Origin: Scyliorhinus canicula
Lineage: Eukaryota
Reading direction: 5' to 3'
Assembly (NCBI RefSeq): GCF_902713615.1
Contig: NW_024055498.1
Coordinates: 4,582,554 to 4,646,553 of the forward strand
DNA length: 64,000 nucleotides
Numbering within the stretch: position 1 is the first letter of the stretch; each line of letters opens with the position of its first letter. Under the pieces are notes generated by a model that saw only the letters and a list, made by a program, of their open reading frames with translations, was not told the origin of the DNA and made no database searches. Below, piece by piece: positions 1 through 11,935 of the stretch. The position numbers and the translations under genes were made by a program.

Positions 1-575
1 TATGTGTGTGTCGCCAGCATGTGTCAATTCTGCTGCTATGTCCCCTAACTCCACTGGCTCTGAGATTACCCATCAGTCTGTTATGTTGGATCTAACTGAC
101 GGCCTTTAGAAACTCAAATTGTTTAACATCTATTATACTACTCAGATCTATTATTTCTGATAGTTATTACAATAATTGGATGAAATGTGTCAGGAATAAT
201 GTTAACTTTGGAATATGTGCCGACTATTTAGTAGACTCTGTGTTATTGGATTTCTTTAACTCAGACTTCTAATTCCCTTTTTCCAACTGTTGACATTGTG
301 ACTGGAAGATTTTATTATGTTCTGTTGTAAATTCAAGAATAACAGAGACCGACTTCTGCTTTTCAATTCTTTGGTAATTATTCTGATGGTGATCAGTGAG
401 TAGATAATATTGTCTCTGCTGTTTCTCACTGTCTATTTTATGAATATTTGTTGCTGAAAACCATCTGCCTCCAGTCATCTCCCTCTACCTGGACCCCACC
501 CTCTGGCTTCCTATCAGCTCTTGATCTTTTCATTGAGATCTGTCAGTGCAACATCGACCGTCTCAATTTCTCTGT

Positions 576-690
576 GAAATGAAAAATGAAATGAAAATCG
601 CTTATTGTCACAAGTAGGCTTCAATGAAGTTACTGTGAAAAGCCCCTAGTCGGCACATTCCGGCGCCTGTCCGGGGAGGCTGGTACGGCT
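576..690 (-). mobile_element. SINE 3' fragment (shark tRNA-derived family with (TTTCA)n tail)
   Basis: Reverse complement matches the copy at 28855-29015; tail reads gaaat repeats on the + strand. Confidence 0.6.
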
Positions 691-1145
691 GGTGCCTCTC
701 ACCAACTCTATCCTGACTCACTCGAAACTTGCTCCAAACCTCTCTCTAATATCCAACCCTGACCTGGTGATCTGAGCTGCCCACAAGGGCGGTGCCATTA
801 TTGTCTGGTGTACTGACTTCCTCCTCACAGAGACTGACCGTCAACTCTCAGGCCCATCCTGCTACCTCCTCCTAGACCAGCACCACACCACCAAACATCA
901 TGATATTGTTCCCAGGATACTCACTGACCTCATTGGCTCTGGATATCCTCTGTTCACAGCCTCAGACATCATCGTCCCACAACCCCACACATCCTGCATC
1001 AACCTCCTGCTTCTACCTCCTTCCCAAAATCCACAAACAGGAAAGTCCCAGTAGACCCATTATTCCGGCCTGTTTCATCCCAGCAAGATCATTTCTTCCT
1101 ATCTTGATTTCATCCGCTTTACCTTATTCTGCCCCTTCCTAATGA

Positions 1146-1475
1146 CATTGGCGGAACAGTGACACAGTGGTTTGCACTGCTGCCTCACAGCACCAGGGTC
1201 CCCAGATCAATTCCCACCTTGGGTCACTGTCTGTGTGGAGACTGCAGTTATCCCCCTGTCTCCGTGGGTTTCCTCCAGGTGCTCTGGTTTCCTCCCACAG
1301 TCCAAAGATGTGCAGGTTAGGTGGACTGGCCATGATAAATTAATCCGTAGCGTCCAAAAAATGTGTAAATTCGATTAAGGGGTTAATTAGATAGGCGGGG
1401 GTGTGAGCTTGGTTGAGTTACTCTTTTAGAGGTTTGGTACAGACTTAATGGGCCGAATGACCTCCTTTTGCACTG
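1146..1475 (+). mobile_element. HE1-like SINE (diverged)
   Basis: tRNA-like head, then ttgggtcactgtctgtgtggag and gtgggtttcctcc...ccacagtccaaagatgtgcaggttag shared with many copies in this window. Confidence 0.75.
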
Positions 1476-2804
1476 TGGGAAGCCTATGATTCCTGATTCC
1501 TCTGGTGCCGTATGTCATATAAGGAAGGTCCATTTTCCTGGCCCCAACCGCCTAATCTTCACAATGGATGCCCAATTCTCTGCAGGTCCGTTCCCCAACA
1601 GGAGGGTTATGTACAGATCCTCATATCCTGCTTCCTGTGAAGACTGCATCTGATTCTCCCACTTTCTCCGCCTCCATCGCTTCTGTTCTGATGATGACGT
1701 GTTCGAAAATAGCCTGTCTGGCATGTCTGTCTTTTCCTTAACCGGGGCTGTCCCCACCACCTTCCTTTTGTTAACAGGGCTCTCAATCGTGTTCAATTCA
1801 TTTCTCACACCTCTGTCCTCACACATCCCCCTCCCTCCCGGAAAGATGATAATGTCTCCCTATTCTCAATTTCCACACCATCAGCCTCCACATTGAAAGG
1901 AAATTCCTCCACCATTTCTGTCAACTCCAGCATAATGTCACCACCAAAGACATCTTCACCTCTCTCCAACCACCCCCCTCAATGTCTGCATTCCTCGGGT
2001 ACCCTCTTCAGGCTCCCTCCTCGACACCTTTATCCACTTCCCCATCACACCCCACACCCCTTTCCCTTCCCCGGCACCTGCCCCTGCAATCACAGACGGT
2101 GCAACAACTGTCGTTTTACCTCCTCCAGGCTCATGGTACTCGGCAGCAAACTCTCCTTTCTGGAGAAGCAGCGTTTCACTTCTGTTCCTTCAGTTTGGTC
2201 TACTGTATTTGCTGCCAATACCGTCTCCTCTACATTGGGGAGACTAAACACAGAATGGGAGACTGCTTTGTGGAACACCTTCTCTCAACCCACAGCATGG
2301 CCCCAGCCGTCCTGTTGTGAGCATTGTAACTCAGCAACTTGCTCTCAGGCCCACATGTCTGTCCTTGGCCTGCGGCAAGAATGCAGTGAAGTCCAATGTA
2401 AGCTGGAGGAGTAACATCTCATCTTCCAATTAGGATGTTACATCCCGCAGGAAGTAACTTCAATTTCAACAACTTTAGACTGGGAACTTTCTCCTCCATC
2501 TTAACGCCCTTGTTTTCGAACTTCCCTACTTTTTTGTCAAATGCAATGAGTCCGAATCTGGAGAGAGTCTATTCCGGCCAAGTGAACGCTGGGGAATGTC
2601 CAATGCCTGGGCGGGAACATTCCTGAGAAAAGCTTGGCAGGGATTGTTTTCAAACAGGGTGAGGATGGATTCCTGGGAACAGTGATGTTGGGGTGTTCGA
2701 GACATGGCAATGGGGGTTTCCTAGGATCGGGTGCTTTGCGAATGAGTAAACCTGGTAGGGGTGTGCCCTCGGAATGTTCTCGGGACTGGACAGACTCTAT
2801 TCTG

Positions 2805-3120
2805 GACAGGTTGGGCTACACGGTACAGTTGATTCACAGATCCAGGGTCCCAGGTTCGATTCCTGGCTTGGGTCATTGTCTGTGCGGAGTCTTCACATCC
2901 TTCCCGTGTCTGCGTGGGTTTCCTCCGGTGCTACAGTTTCCTCCCACAGTTCAACGGTGCGCTGTTGGATGGATTGGCCGATAAATTGTGTTTAGTTTCC
3001 AAACAATTTAGATGGGGTCACTGGGTTATGGCGATGGGGTGGTCTTAACTGGCGTTTACTTTCCAAGGGCCGGTGCAGACTCGATGGGCTGAATGGCCTC
3101 CTTTTGCACCATACATTCTA
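2805..3120 (+). mobile_element. HE1-like SINE (diverged)
   Basis: Same head and body motifs as the other HE1-like copies. Confidence 0.7.
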
Positions 3121-3637
3121 TACTTCTATTCCTCCCATGATTATGAAGTGGGAAGGTCCTGCGTTTGTTTTATTTTTCCATTGATCGTGGAGGATTCAAA
3201 TAAACCAGGAATGGGGTCCAACCCCATCAGAAACAAAGTCCAGGGAACGGTCCAATCCGGGGTGTGGTCCAATAATTGAGCAGGGATGACAATCTCTGGT
3301 ATGTTTGTATCCATTTTGGGACACCTGGCCGGCCGGAGTGAATCCTGTAAATGAGACTGAATGAGAAATGTAACCTCTCCCAAAGGTATCTGAATTATAA
3401 ACATTTTCCTACCACTGCGATCAAACTGACAGTGCTGCAATCCACACTTTCCCGCATTCCCCATCTTTAACACAGGTGTTACATTTGCTACTTCCCTCTC
3501 TGCAATGTTAATCTCTGTGCCCACTCCTCTCGCAACACCCCCACCCACTGTCCATTATATTGATGCTGAGATTATGTTCAGACAGGGAGATTGACTATCC
3601 CGTAATTTCCCACGTCTCTCCTTTCTCTCTCTGACAG

Positions 3638-4539
3638 TTAAGTTACTGGGAATTGTGATTCTGAGTCGGGGGAAGTGTGGTCTCTCTACCTGCACCACTC
3701 GCTACCTGGTGGCCATGGCAACGGCGGATCTGCTGTATATTATCACAAAAGCCATACTGAACAGGATGAATGTTTATTATTACCCCTGGAGTTTCCTGTC
3801 CCTCTCCCCTGTGTGCCGTGTTGAATCTGTCCTGATGGCTGCAGCCCAGGACTGTTCTGTCTGGTTCACCCTCACTTTCTCCTTCGATCGATTTGTGGCC
3901 ATTCGCTGCCAGAAACTGAAAACTAAATATTGTACCGGGAAAACTGTGGTTGTGGTTCTGTCCACAAGCGGCCTCCTGCTCTGTGTGAAAAACATCCCCC
4001 TGTACATTATATATGAATCTGTGAAGATAAACGACAATGTCCAGTGGGGCTGTCAGGCAAAGAGCAGCAGTTGGACTGACCCGGGATGGGTTGGATATTC
4101 CTGGTTTGATCAGGTGTTAACCCCATTGATCCCGTTCTTCTCAATCCTGTTGACCAACGCCCTGACAGTCAGACACATTTTACTCACCAGTCGGGTCCGG
4201 AAGACACTGAGGGCTCAGAGTCAGGGAAACAATCGCACAGACCCAGAGATGGAGAGCAGAAGGAAGTCAATGATTTTACTCTTCAGCATCTCCGGAGCTT
4301 TCATTCTCCTCTGGACCGTGTCTGTTATTAAATTTTTCTATCTGGATTTGTCAGATGTTGATTACCTCACCCTTCCTGAATATAATTTACAACAAGTCGG
4401 ATTTATGCTGCGGGACGTAAATTGCTGCACAAACACATTTATTTATGTGGTGACTCAGTCCAGGTTCAGGGAGCAGATCAGGATCGCGGTGAAATATCCG
4501 GTTACATCAATTATTAAATTAATGAGTAAATCAACCTGA
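3638..4539 (+). CDS. Rhodopsin-class GPCR, GPR139/GPR142-like: main coding exon (short first exon not located)
   Basis: Polypyrimidine tract + AG acceptor at 3636-3637, phase 1, giving VKLLGIVILSRGKCGLS; open frame to TGA at 4537-4539; hydrophobic TM-like segments, DRF motif (FSFDRFVAIRC), TM7 NCCTNTFIY. Confidence 0.85.
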
Positions 4540-4790
4540 CTGACAGCCTCTCAGCCAATCAGCAGATCCAGCTACTGACTGACAGCCTCTCAGCAGCTCC
4601 AGCCTCTGACCGAAAACCTCTCAGCCAATCAGCAGCTCCAGCCGCTGACTAACAGCCTCTCAGCCAATCAGCAGCTCCAGCCGCTGACTGACAGCTTCTC
4701 AGCCAATCAGCAGCTCCAGCCGCTGACTGACAGCCTCTCAGCCAATCAGCAGCTCCAGCCGCTGATTGACAGTCACTCAGGCAATCAGCT
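4537..4790 (+). repeat. About 6 tandem copies of a 39-bp unit containing CCAAT
   Basis: Unit ctgactgacagcctctcagccaatcagcagctccagccg; the first copy overlaps the GPCR stop codon. Confidence 0.9.
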
Positions 4791-4794
4791 GTGG

Positions 4795-5720
4795 GTAGAA
4801 CATTGGAAGTGCTGTCTGCGGGTGGAGCACTGGCAGTGCTGGCTGCGGGAGGGCACTGGCAGTGCTGGCTGTGGGGGGTGCAATGTCAGTGCTGACTGTG
4901 TTGGGGAGCACTGGCAGTGCTGGCTGTGTGGGGGAGCAGTGGCAGTGCTGGCTGTGTGGGGGAGCACTGGCAGTGCTGGCTGTGGGGGAGCACTGGCAGT
5001 GCTGGCTGTGGGGGGGGGGGGGTTACTGACAGTGCTGGCTGTGGCAGGGCACTGGAAGTGCTGACTGCGATGGGAGCACTGGCAGTGTTGGCTGTGAGAG
5101 GAGCACTGGCAGTGCTGGCCGTGGGAGGAGTGCTGGCTGTGGGGGAGCTCTGGCAATGCTGGCTGTGGGGGAGCACTGGCAGTGCTGAATGGGGGCGGCA
5201 CTGGCAGTGCAGGCTGTGGGGGAGCACTGGCAGTGCCGGCTGTGGGAGAGCACTAGCAGTGCTGAATGGGGTGGCACTGGCAGTGCTGGCTGTGGGGGAG
5301 CACTGGCAGTGCCGGCTGTGGGGAGCACTGGCAGTGTTGGCTGTGGCAGGGCACTGGCAGGGCTGACTGCGAGGGGAGCACTGGCAGTGTTGGCTGTGGG
5401 AGGAGCACTGGCAGTGCTGGCGGTGGGAGGAGTGCTGGCTGTGGGGGAGCACTGGCAATGCTGGCTGTGGGGGGAGCACTGGCAGTGCTGAATGGGGGTG
5501 GCACTGGCAGTGCAGGCTGTGGGGGAGCACTGGCAGTGCCGGCTGTGGGGGAGCACTAGCAGTGCTGAATGGGGGTGGCACTGGCAGTGCAGGCTGTGGG
5601 GGAGCACTGGTAGTGCCAGCGGTGGGGGTGCACTGGCAGTGCCGGCTGTGGGTGGGAGCACTGGCAGTGCTGGCTGTGGGAGGGGGGGGGGGGGCTCTTG
5701 CAGTGCAGGCTGTGGGGGGA
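4795..5720 (+). repeat. G-rich minisatellite, variable unit of about 20-27 bp
   Basis: Repeated ggggagcactggcagtgctggctgtg with the self-complementary core gcactg-g-cagtgc. Confidence 0.9.
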
Positions 5721-5820
5721 GAAACATCTGGTGTTTCCAGTTTAGTCTGTCGCTAAATATTACCTCAATCTCGTAACTGGTCTTCATCATCGAGGAATAG
5801 CAAAAGCCAGCAACTGCTGT

Positions 5821-5893
5821 GGGCCAGTGGCGCAATGGATAACGCGTCTGATTGCAAATCAGGAGATTCATGGTTCGACCCCTAGCTGGCTCG
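5821..5893 (+). pseudogene. tRNA-Arg(ACG)-type body with GCA anticodon; probable pseudogene
   Basis: GGGCCAGTGGCGCAATGGATAACGCGTCTGA...GCTGGCTCG, 73 nt; anticodon 5854-5856 = GCA; two mismatches in the T stem. Confidence 0.8.
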
Positions 5894-6222
5894 CAGTTCC
5901 TAGTTTTGGCGTCCCCTTTAGTTCAGTGGGTTGGACAGCTGGTTCCCGATGCAGAGCAAAGTGAGCAGGGCATCATCAATTCTCGTTTCAGCTGTGCTTA
6001 CTTATGAAAGCCCTGCCCTCACAATTTAACTTCAAGCAAAACATAACTTATCTCCAGTTCAGCAAAGTTCAATATCTGATCCTTTGATAAGTTGAGATAT
6101 CAGTTTTAAAGAAACGGCTTCTTCCAATAAGTTACATGGCCTCTCAGGGGAACCATTAGAAGCTGCAACAATACATTGAGGTTCAACATTGCACACGGCC
6201 ACTGATGGCGAAGCTCCCAGCA

Positions 6223-6295
6223 GTTTCTGTGGTGTAGTGGTCATCACATTCGCCTAACACGCGAAATGTCCCCGGTTCGAAACTGGGCAGAAACA
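6223..6295 (+). tRNA. tRNA-Val(AAC)
   Basis: 73 nt closely matching vertebrate Val-AAC; anticodon 6256-6258 AAC; a few stem substitutions. Confidence 0.8.
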
Positions 6296-6829
6296 TCCGG
6301 TGCTTTTCATTTTGTGTGACGAATGTTTGCACAAAATACGTTTCTTCCTCAATCTCGCACGTTCGAGGAACATGAGATTTGGTCTCTCATGAGATACTAA
6401 AATTCCTGCAACAAAGTCAGAAATACTGAATTTTCAAGACGCCAGGGGAAGAAAAGCCTTCCTTATTTTGCCACGATTCGAATATTAGCAGTTTGTTCAT
6501 CCACCACAGAATCCATTGGGTTTACAGGTGCAGATGAACATATTTAATCACCATTTCAAACATGTCTAAATGTACGATAAAAGCAACTTACTGCGTATGC
6601 GTCAATGGGAAAGAAAAACAGAAAACACAGGACAGTCTCATCAGGTCTGACAGCCTCTGTGGAGAGAGATGGCAAGTGTCGTTTCGAGTCTGGCAAAGTC
6701 GTTTCGACTTTGTCGAAGCTGGACAACTGGATCTTTGGTTAAGTTTAGTTAAGTTTAGATTGGCGGTGTGTGTGGGGGAAGTGGCGGGGGGGGGGGGGGG
6801 AGGGGGGACGTGAAGCATTGGGCCTCGAC

Positions 6830-7240
6830 AGACGGCCAGCGATGGGTGGAGCATGGTTAACTGAACCAGCTTTGAGACAGAAAATACGTTCATGGAAATA
6901 AACATGTGGTGAATTGGGAAGAGTGATTTCACGGTGCGAAGTTGTTGAGCCTACTGTAAAATCCACAAGGCTGTACCGTGCCCATTCGGAGGATGGGGGC
7001 TGTTCCTTGGCGTTGTGCTGAGCTACATGGGAACATTGCAGCAGGCCAAGATCGGACATGTGGACATGAGAGCAGGAAAGTGATTTGAAATAGCAAGGGA
7101 CAAGAGAGTCTGCCACCAGCGTGTCGATGGAGCGAAGGTGTTTTGCAAAGCGGTCACCCAGTCGGCATTTAGTCTCTGCAATGCAGAGTAGATGGCGTTG
7201 GGATCAGCAAATGCAACAGGCCAGAATGATGGATGCCTTA
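6830..7240 (-). mobile_element. Penelope-like GIY-YIG remnant (repeated near 9750-10340 and 10430-10800)
   Basis: Minus strand resembles ETK.RLGDRFAKHLRS; ORF 10043-10330 reads DKCRLDDRFAKHRRS. Confidence 0.65.
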
Positions 7241-7750
7241 TAGCAATGTGTACTCAAAAGGACAGACACAAACGATACTGTAACTGACTTAGAGGAAATG
7301 CCAGATACTTAACCTTTTGGAACGTAAAAATGGATTTCCTGATGGAGAAACAGGAAAAGCCAGTGTGGGAATCCAGGCTCAATGATGATTTACAATTACC
7401 CCTCCTTTCTTATACATGAACGGTATTGAGGCTGCAGCATGTTACACACCAAAACACAAAGAGGTCAAATATAGGAAACACATAATTGTCAATTCTTAAA
7501 CTCAACTCAAGCATTAAATAACGAAACAAATATTGTGTAAAGTCGGTTGTTTTTTTTCTGTAAGATTTCAGAATGCTGCATTAATAATAGAAGAGAGCAT
7601 TCCGCCGTTAGAGATTTGCGGAACAAATGCTTCAGTTCAATATCGGTTCTTCTTCTGGCTTGTAAGTCTAGACATCTGTTTTAAAGAAACAGACGTGTTT
7701 TTGTAAGAAGTGGCATGGCCTCTCAGCCAAAGCATGCGAAGCTGCAACAT

Positions 7751-8206
7751 GGCTCGTTGGTCCAGGAGCGGCTCGTTGGTCCAGGAGCGGCTCGTTGGTC
7801 CAGGAGCGGCTCGTTGGTCCAGGAGCGGCTCGTTGGTCCAGGAGCGGCTCGTTGGTCCAGGAGCGGCTCGTTGGTCCAGGAGCGGCTCGTTGGTCCAGGA
7901 GCGGCTCGTTGGTCCAGGAGCGGCTCGTTGGTCCAGGAACGGCTCGTTGGTCCAGGAGCGGCTCGTTGGTCCAGGAGCGGCTCGTTGGTCCAGGAGCGGC
8001 TCGTTGGTCCAGGACCGGCTCGTTGGTCCAGGACCGGCTCGTTGGTCCAGGACCGGCTCGTTGGTCCAGGACCGGCTCGTTGGTCCAGGACCGGCTCGTT
8101 GGTCCAGGACCGGCTCGTTGGTCCAGGACCGGCTCGTTGGTCCAGGACCGGCTCGTTGGTCCAGGACCGGCTCGTTGGTCCAGGACCGGCTCGTTGGTCC
8201 AGGACC
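7751..8206 (+). repeat. 24 tandem copies of a 19-bp unit equal to the 5' end of tRNA-Pro
   Basis: ggctcgttggtccaggagc / ggctcgttggtccaggacc; 456 bp = 24 x 19; abuts the tRNA-Pro gene at 8207. Confidence 0.95.
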
Positions 8207-8296
8207 GGCTCGTTGGTCCAGGGGTAAGATTCTCGCTTTGGCGTTTGTGTCCCAGGAAACTGTGAGAGGTCCCGAGTTCAGATCCCGGACGAGCCC
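8207..8296 (+). tRNA. tRNA-Pro(TGG) with an 18-nt intron-like insert (8243-8260)
   Basis: 72-nt vertebrate tRNA-Pro body plus 18 nt inserted one base 3' of the anticodon (8239-8241); base 37 is C rather than G, so it may be a pseudogene. Confidence 0.75.
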
Positions 8297-8615
8297 TTTG
8301 ATGTTGTTTCTTATTGGTCAGCAGCACGTTTTAGGGGCAGCATGGTAGCATGGTGGTTAACATAAATGCTTCACAGCTCCAGGTTCGATGCCCGGCTGGG
8401 TCACTGTCTGTGCGGAGACTGCGAGTCTAATAGAAGAGAGCTTTCCACCGTTAAGATTTGCTCTTCTTCTGGTTTGTATGTTTAGACATCTGTTTTCAAG
8501 AAACAGACGTGTTCTTGTAAGAAGTGACATGGCCTCTCAGCCGAACCATGCGAAGCTGCAACAAGGCAGTTGAGTTGAAGGTGACACAGTTCCGTTGGCG
8601 TCTGCGCTGCCAGCT

Positions 8616-8688
8616 GTTTCTGTAGTGTAGTGGTTATCACATTCACTTTACACACGAATGGTCCGTGCTTCGAAACCGGGCAGAAACA
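8616..8688 (+). pseudogene. tRNA-Val(TAC)-like, degenerate
   Basis: Val body, anticodon 8649-8651 TAC; anticodon-stem and T-stem mismatches. Confidence 0.7.
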
Positions 8689-8785
8689 TTCCAGAGAGAT
8701 TCCAGTTTAGTCTATCGCTAAATATTACCTCGATCTCGTAACTGGTCTTCATCATCGAGGAATAGCAAAAGCCTGTAACTGCTGT

Positions 8786-8850
8786 GGGCCAGTGGCGCAA
8801 TGGATAACGCGTCTCACTACGAATCAGGAGATTTTAAGTTCGCTGGCTCG
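8786..8850 (+). pseudogene. tRNA-Arg(ACG) pseudogene with T-arm deletion
   Basis: Anticodon 8819-8821 ACG; about 8 nt missing from the T arm. Confidence 0.8.
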
Positions 8851-9179
8851 CAGCTCCCAGTTTTGGCCTCCTCTTTAGTTCAGTGGGTTGGACAGCTAGT
8901 TCTTGATGCAGAGCAAATTCAGCAGGACATCATCGATTCTCGTTTCAGCTGTGGTTCCTTAGAAATGCCCTTCCCTCTCAATTTAACTTCAAGCAAAACA
9001 TAACTTATCTCCTGTTCAGCAAAGTTCAATACCTGATGCTTTCATAAGTTGAGACATCAGTTTTAAAGAAACTGCTTCTTGCAATAAGTTACATGGCCAC
9101 TCCTCGGAACCATTAGAAGCTGCAGCAACACATTGAGGTTGAACATTACACACGTCCACGAATGGCGAGTTTCTCAGCG

Positions 9180-9251
9180 GTTTCTGTAGTCGAGTGGTTA
9201 TCACATTCGCCAAACACGCGAAAGGTCCTGTTTCGAAACCGGGCAGAAACT
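9180..9251 (+). pseudogene. tRNA-Val(AAC)-like, degenerate
   Basis: Val body with U33 changed to A, A-box changes and a 1-nt deletion. Confidence 0.7.
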
Positions 9252-11366
9252 TCGCGTGCTTCTCATTTTGTGTGACGAATGTTTGCACAAAATGCGTTTG
9301 TTCCTCAATCTCGCACGTTCGAGGAACATGAGGTTTAGTCTCGCATGAGATGTTAAAATTCCTGCAACAAAGCCAGAAATACTGAATATTCAAGACGCCA
9401 GGGGAAGAAAAGCCTTCCCTATTTTGCCACGATTCGGATATTAGCAGTTTGTTCATCCACCACAGAATCTATTGAGTTTACAGATGCAGATGAACATATT
9501 TAATCACCATTTCAAACATGTCTAAATGTACGATAAAAGCAACTTACTGCTTATGCGTCAATGGGAAAGAAAAACAGAAAACACAGGACAGTCTCATCAG
9601 GTCTGACAGCCTCTGTGGAGAGAGATGGCAAGTGTCGTTTCGAGTCTGGGTGACTCTTTGTCAAAGCTGGACAACTGGATCTTTGATTAGGTTTAGATTG
9701 GCGATGTGTGGGGGGAAGTGGGGGTGGGGGGAAGCGTGAAGCATTGGGCCTCGACAGACGGCCAGCGATGGGTGGAGAATAACAAAAATCTGTTGGGTCG
9801 AAAGAAAAAGGGAACGTAAATGTTTCTAATCAGTGTTAAGAACTGTGCTGACCGAGGCGATTAGAAGATTAGAATGTGTTAATGGCAGAGGACAATGAGA
9901 AACAAGGGGGGGATTTCCCAAGAGGGATGGGATTGGCTTGGGGAACGGGGAGGGGGAGACAATAGGAGAGGAAGACATATCAATGGAAGCAATGAAAATA
10001 AGTTGATGGAAATAAACATGTGGTGAAGTGGAAAGAGTGATTTCACGGTGCGAAGTTGTTGAGCGTACTGTAAAATCCGCAAGGCTGTAACGTGCCTATT
10101 CGGAGGATGGGGTGCTCTTCCTCGGCGTTGTGCTGAGCTACATGGGAACATTGCAGCAGGCCAAGATCGGACATGTGGATATGAGAGCAGGACAGTGAGT
10201 TTAAATAGGAAGCGGCAGGAGAGTCTGCCACCAGCTTGTCGATGGAGCGACGGTGTTTTGCAAAGCGGTCATCCAGTCGGCATTTATCTCTCCAATGCAG
10301 AGTAGATGGCATTGGGATCAGCAAATGCAACAGGCCAGATTGAAGGCTGTCTGAAAGTAATGTGTACTCAAAAGGACAGACACAAACGATACTGTAACTG
10401 ACTTAGAGGAAATGCCAGAGACTTAACTGAACCAGCTTTGAGACAGAAAATACGTTCATGGAAATAAACATGTGGTGAAGTGGGAAGAGTGATTTCACGG
10501 TGCGAAGTTGTTGAGACTACTGTAAAATCCGCAAGGCTGTACCGTGCCTATTCGGAGGATGGGGTGCTGTTCCTCGGCGTTGTGCTGAGCTACATGGGAA
10601 CATTGCAACAGGCCAAGATCGGACATCTGGACTTGAGAGCAGGACAGTGAGTTCAAATAGCAAGGGACAAGAGAGTCTGCCACCAGCGTGTCGATGGAGC
10701 GAAGGTGTTTTGCAAAGCGGTCACCCAGTCGGCATTTAGTCTCTGCAATGCAGAGTAGATGGCGTTGGGATCAGCAAATGCAACAGGCCAGAATGATGGA
10801 TGCCTTATAGCAATGTGTACTCAAAAGGACAGACACAAACGATACTGTAACTGACTTAGAGGAAATGCCAGATACTTAACCTTTTGGAAAGTAAAAATGG
10901 ATTTCCTGATGGAGAAACAGGAAAAGCCAGTGTGGGAATCCAAGCTCAATGATGATTTACAATTACCCCTCCTTTCTTCTACATGAACGGTATTTAGGCT
11001 GCAGCATTTTACACACCAAAACACAATAGGTCAAATATAAGAAGCACATAATTGTCAATTCTTAAACTCAACTCAAGCATTGAATAACGAAACAAATATT
11101 GTGTAAAGTCGGTTGCTTTTTTCAGTAGGATTTCAGAATGCTGCATTAATAATAGAATAGAGCATTTCGCCGTTAGAGATTTGCTGAACAAATTCTTCAG
11201 TTCAATATAGGTTCTTCTACTGGCTTGTAAGTTTAGACATCTGTTTTAAAGAAATAGACGTGTTCTTGTGAGAAGTGACATGGCCTCTCAGCCGAACCAT
11301 GCAAAGCTGCAACAAGGCAGTTGAGTTGAAGGAGACACAGGTCCGTTGGAGTGTGCGCTGCCAGCT

Positions 11367-11438
11367 GTTTCTGTAGTGTAGTGGTTATCACATTCGCTTT
11401 ACACGCGAATGGTCCCCGGTTCGAAACCGGCAAAGACA
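11367..11438 (+). pseudogene. tRNA-Val(TAC)-like
   Basis: Anticodon 11400-11402 TAC; 3' acceptor strand has a deletion and mismatches. Confidence 0.7.
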
Positions 11439-11532
11439 TCTGGTGTTTTCAGTTTAGTCTGTTGCTAAATATTACCTCAATCTCGCAACTGGTCTTCATC
11501 ATCGAGGAATAGCAAAAGCCAATAACTGCTGT

Positions 11533-11605
11533 GGGCCAGTGGCGCAATGGATAGCGCGTCTAACTTCGAATCAGGAGATTCCAGGTTCGACTCCTGGCTT
11601 GCTCG
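11533..11605 (+). tRNA. tRNA-Arg with TCG anticodon on an Arg-ACG-type body (possibly pseudogene)
   Basis: 73 nt; anticodon 11566-11568 TCG; intact T arm CCAGG-TTCGACT-CCTGG; one acceptor-stem and one anticodon-stem mismatch. Confidence 0.7.
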
Positions 11606-11935
11606 CAGTTCCCTAGTTTTGGCGTCCCCTTTAGTTCAGTGGGTTGGACAGCTGGTTCCCGATGCAGAGCAAAGTGAGCAGGGCATCATCAATTCTCGTT
11701 TCAGCTGTGGTTACTTATGAATGCCATGCCCTCTCAATTTAACTTCAAGCAAAACATAACTTATCTCCAGTTCACCAAAGTTCAATATCTGATACTTTGA
11801 AAAGTTGAGACATCTGTTTTAAAGAAACGGCTTCTTCCAATAAGTTTCATGGCCTCTCAGCGGAACCGTTAGAAGCTGCAACAATACATTGAGGTTCAAC
11901 ATTGCACAGGGCCACTGATTGCGATGCTCCCAGCC

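Larger units (their letters stand above)
480..2480 (+). mobile_element. Degenerate Penelope-like retroelement (RT and GIY-YIG endonuclease remnants), interrupted by SINEs
   Basis: ORF 900-1142 has FYLLPKIHK...RPII (Penelope-type RT); ORF 1982-2320 has LLYIGETKHRMGDCFVEHL (GIY-YIG motif). Frameshifted; boundaries approximate. Confidence 0.7.

Noticed and set aside
3284-3302. Candidate first exon of the GPCR (ATG ACA ATC TCT G|gtatgt, phase 1)
   Set aside because: Phase fits, but it would leave almost no N-terminus or first half of TM1; it cannot be supported without transcripts.
4785-5871. Many overlapping long ORFs (up to 282 aa) on both strands
   Set aside because: They are stop-free translations of the G-rich minisatellite, with low-complexity repeats and no gene features.
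5905-6000. tRNA-like heads of SINEs (here and in all HE1-like copies)
   Set aside because: Partial A/B boxes but no cloverleaf or acceptor stem; treated as SINE sequence, not tRNA genes.
7668-8348. Repeat-protein-like ORFs and a superficially CRISPR-like array
   Set aside because: The 19-bp units are contiguous with no unique spacers and derive from the tRNA-Pro 5' end; the context is eukaryotic with no cas genes.
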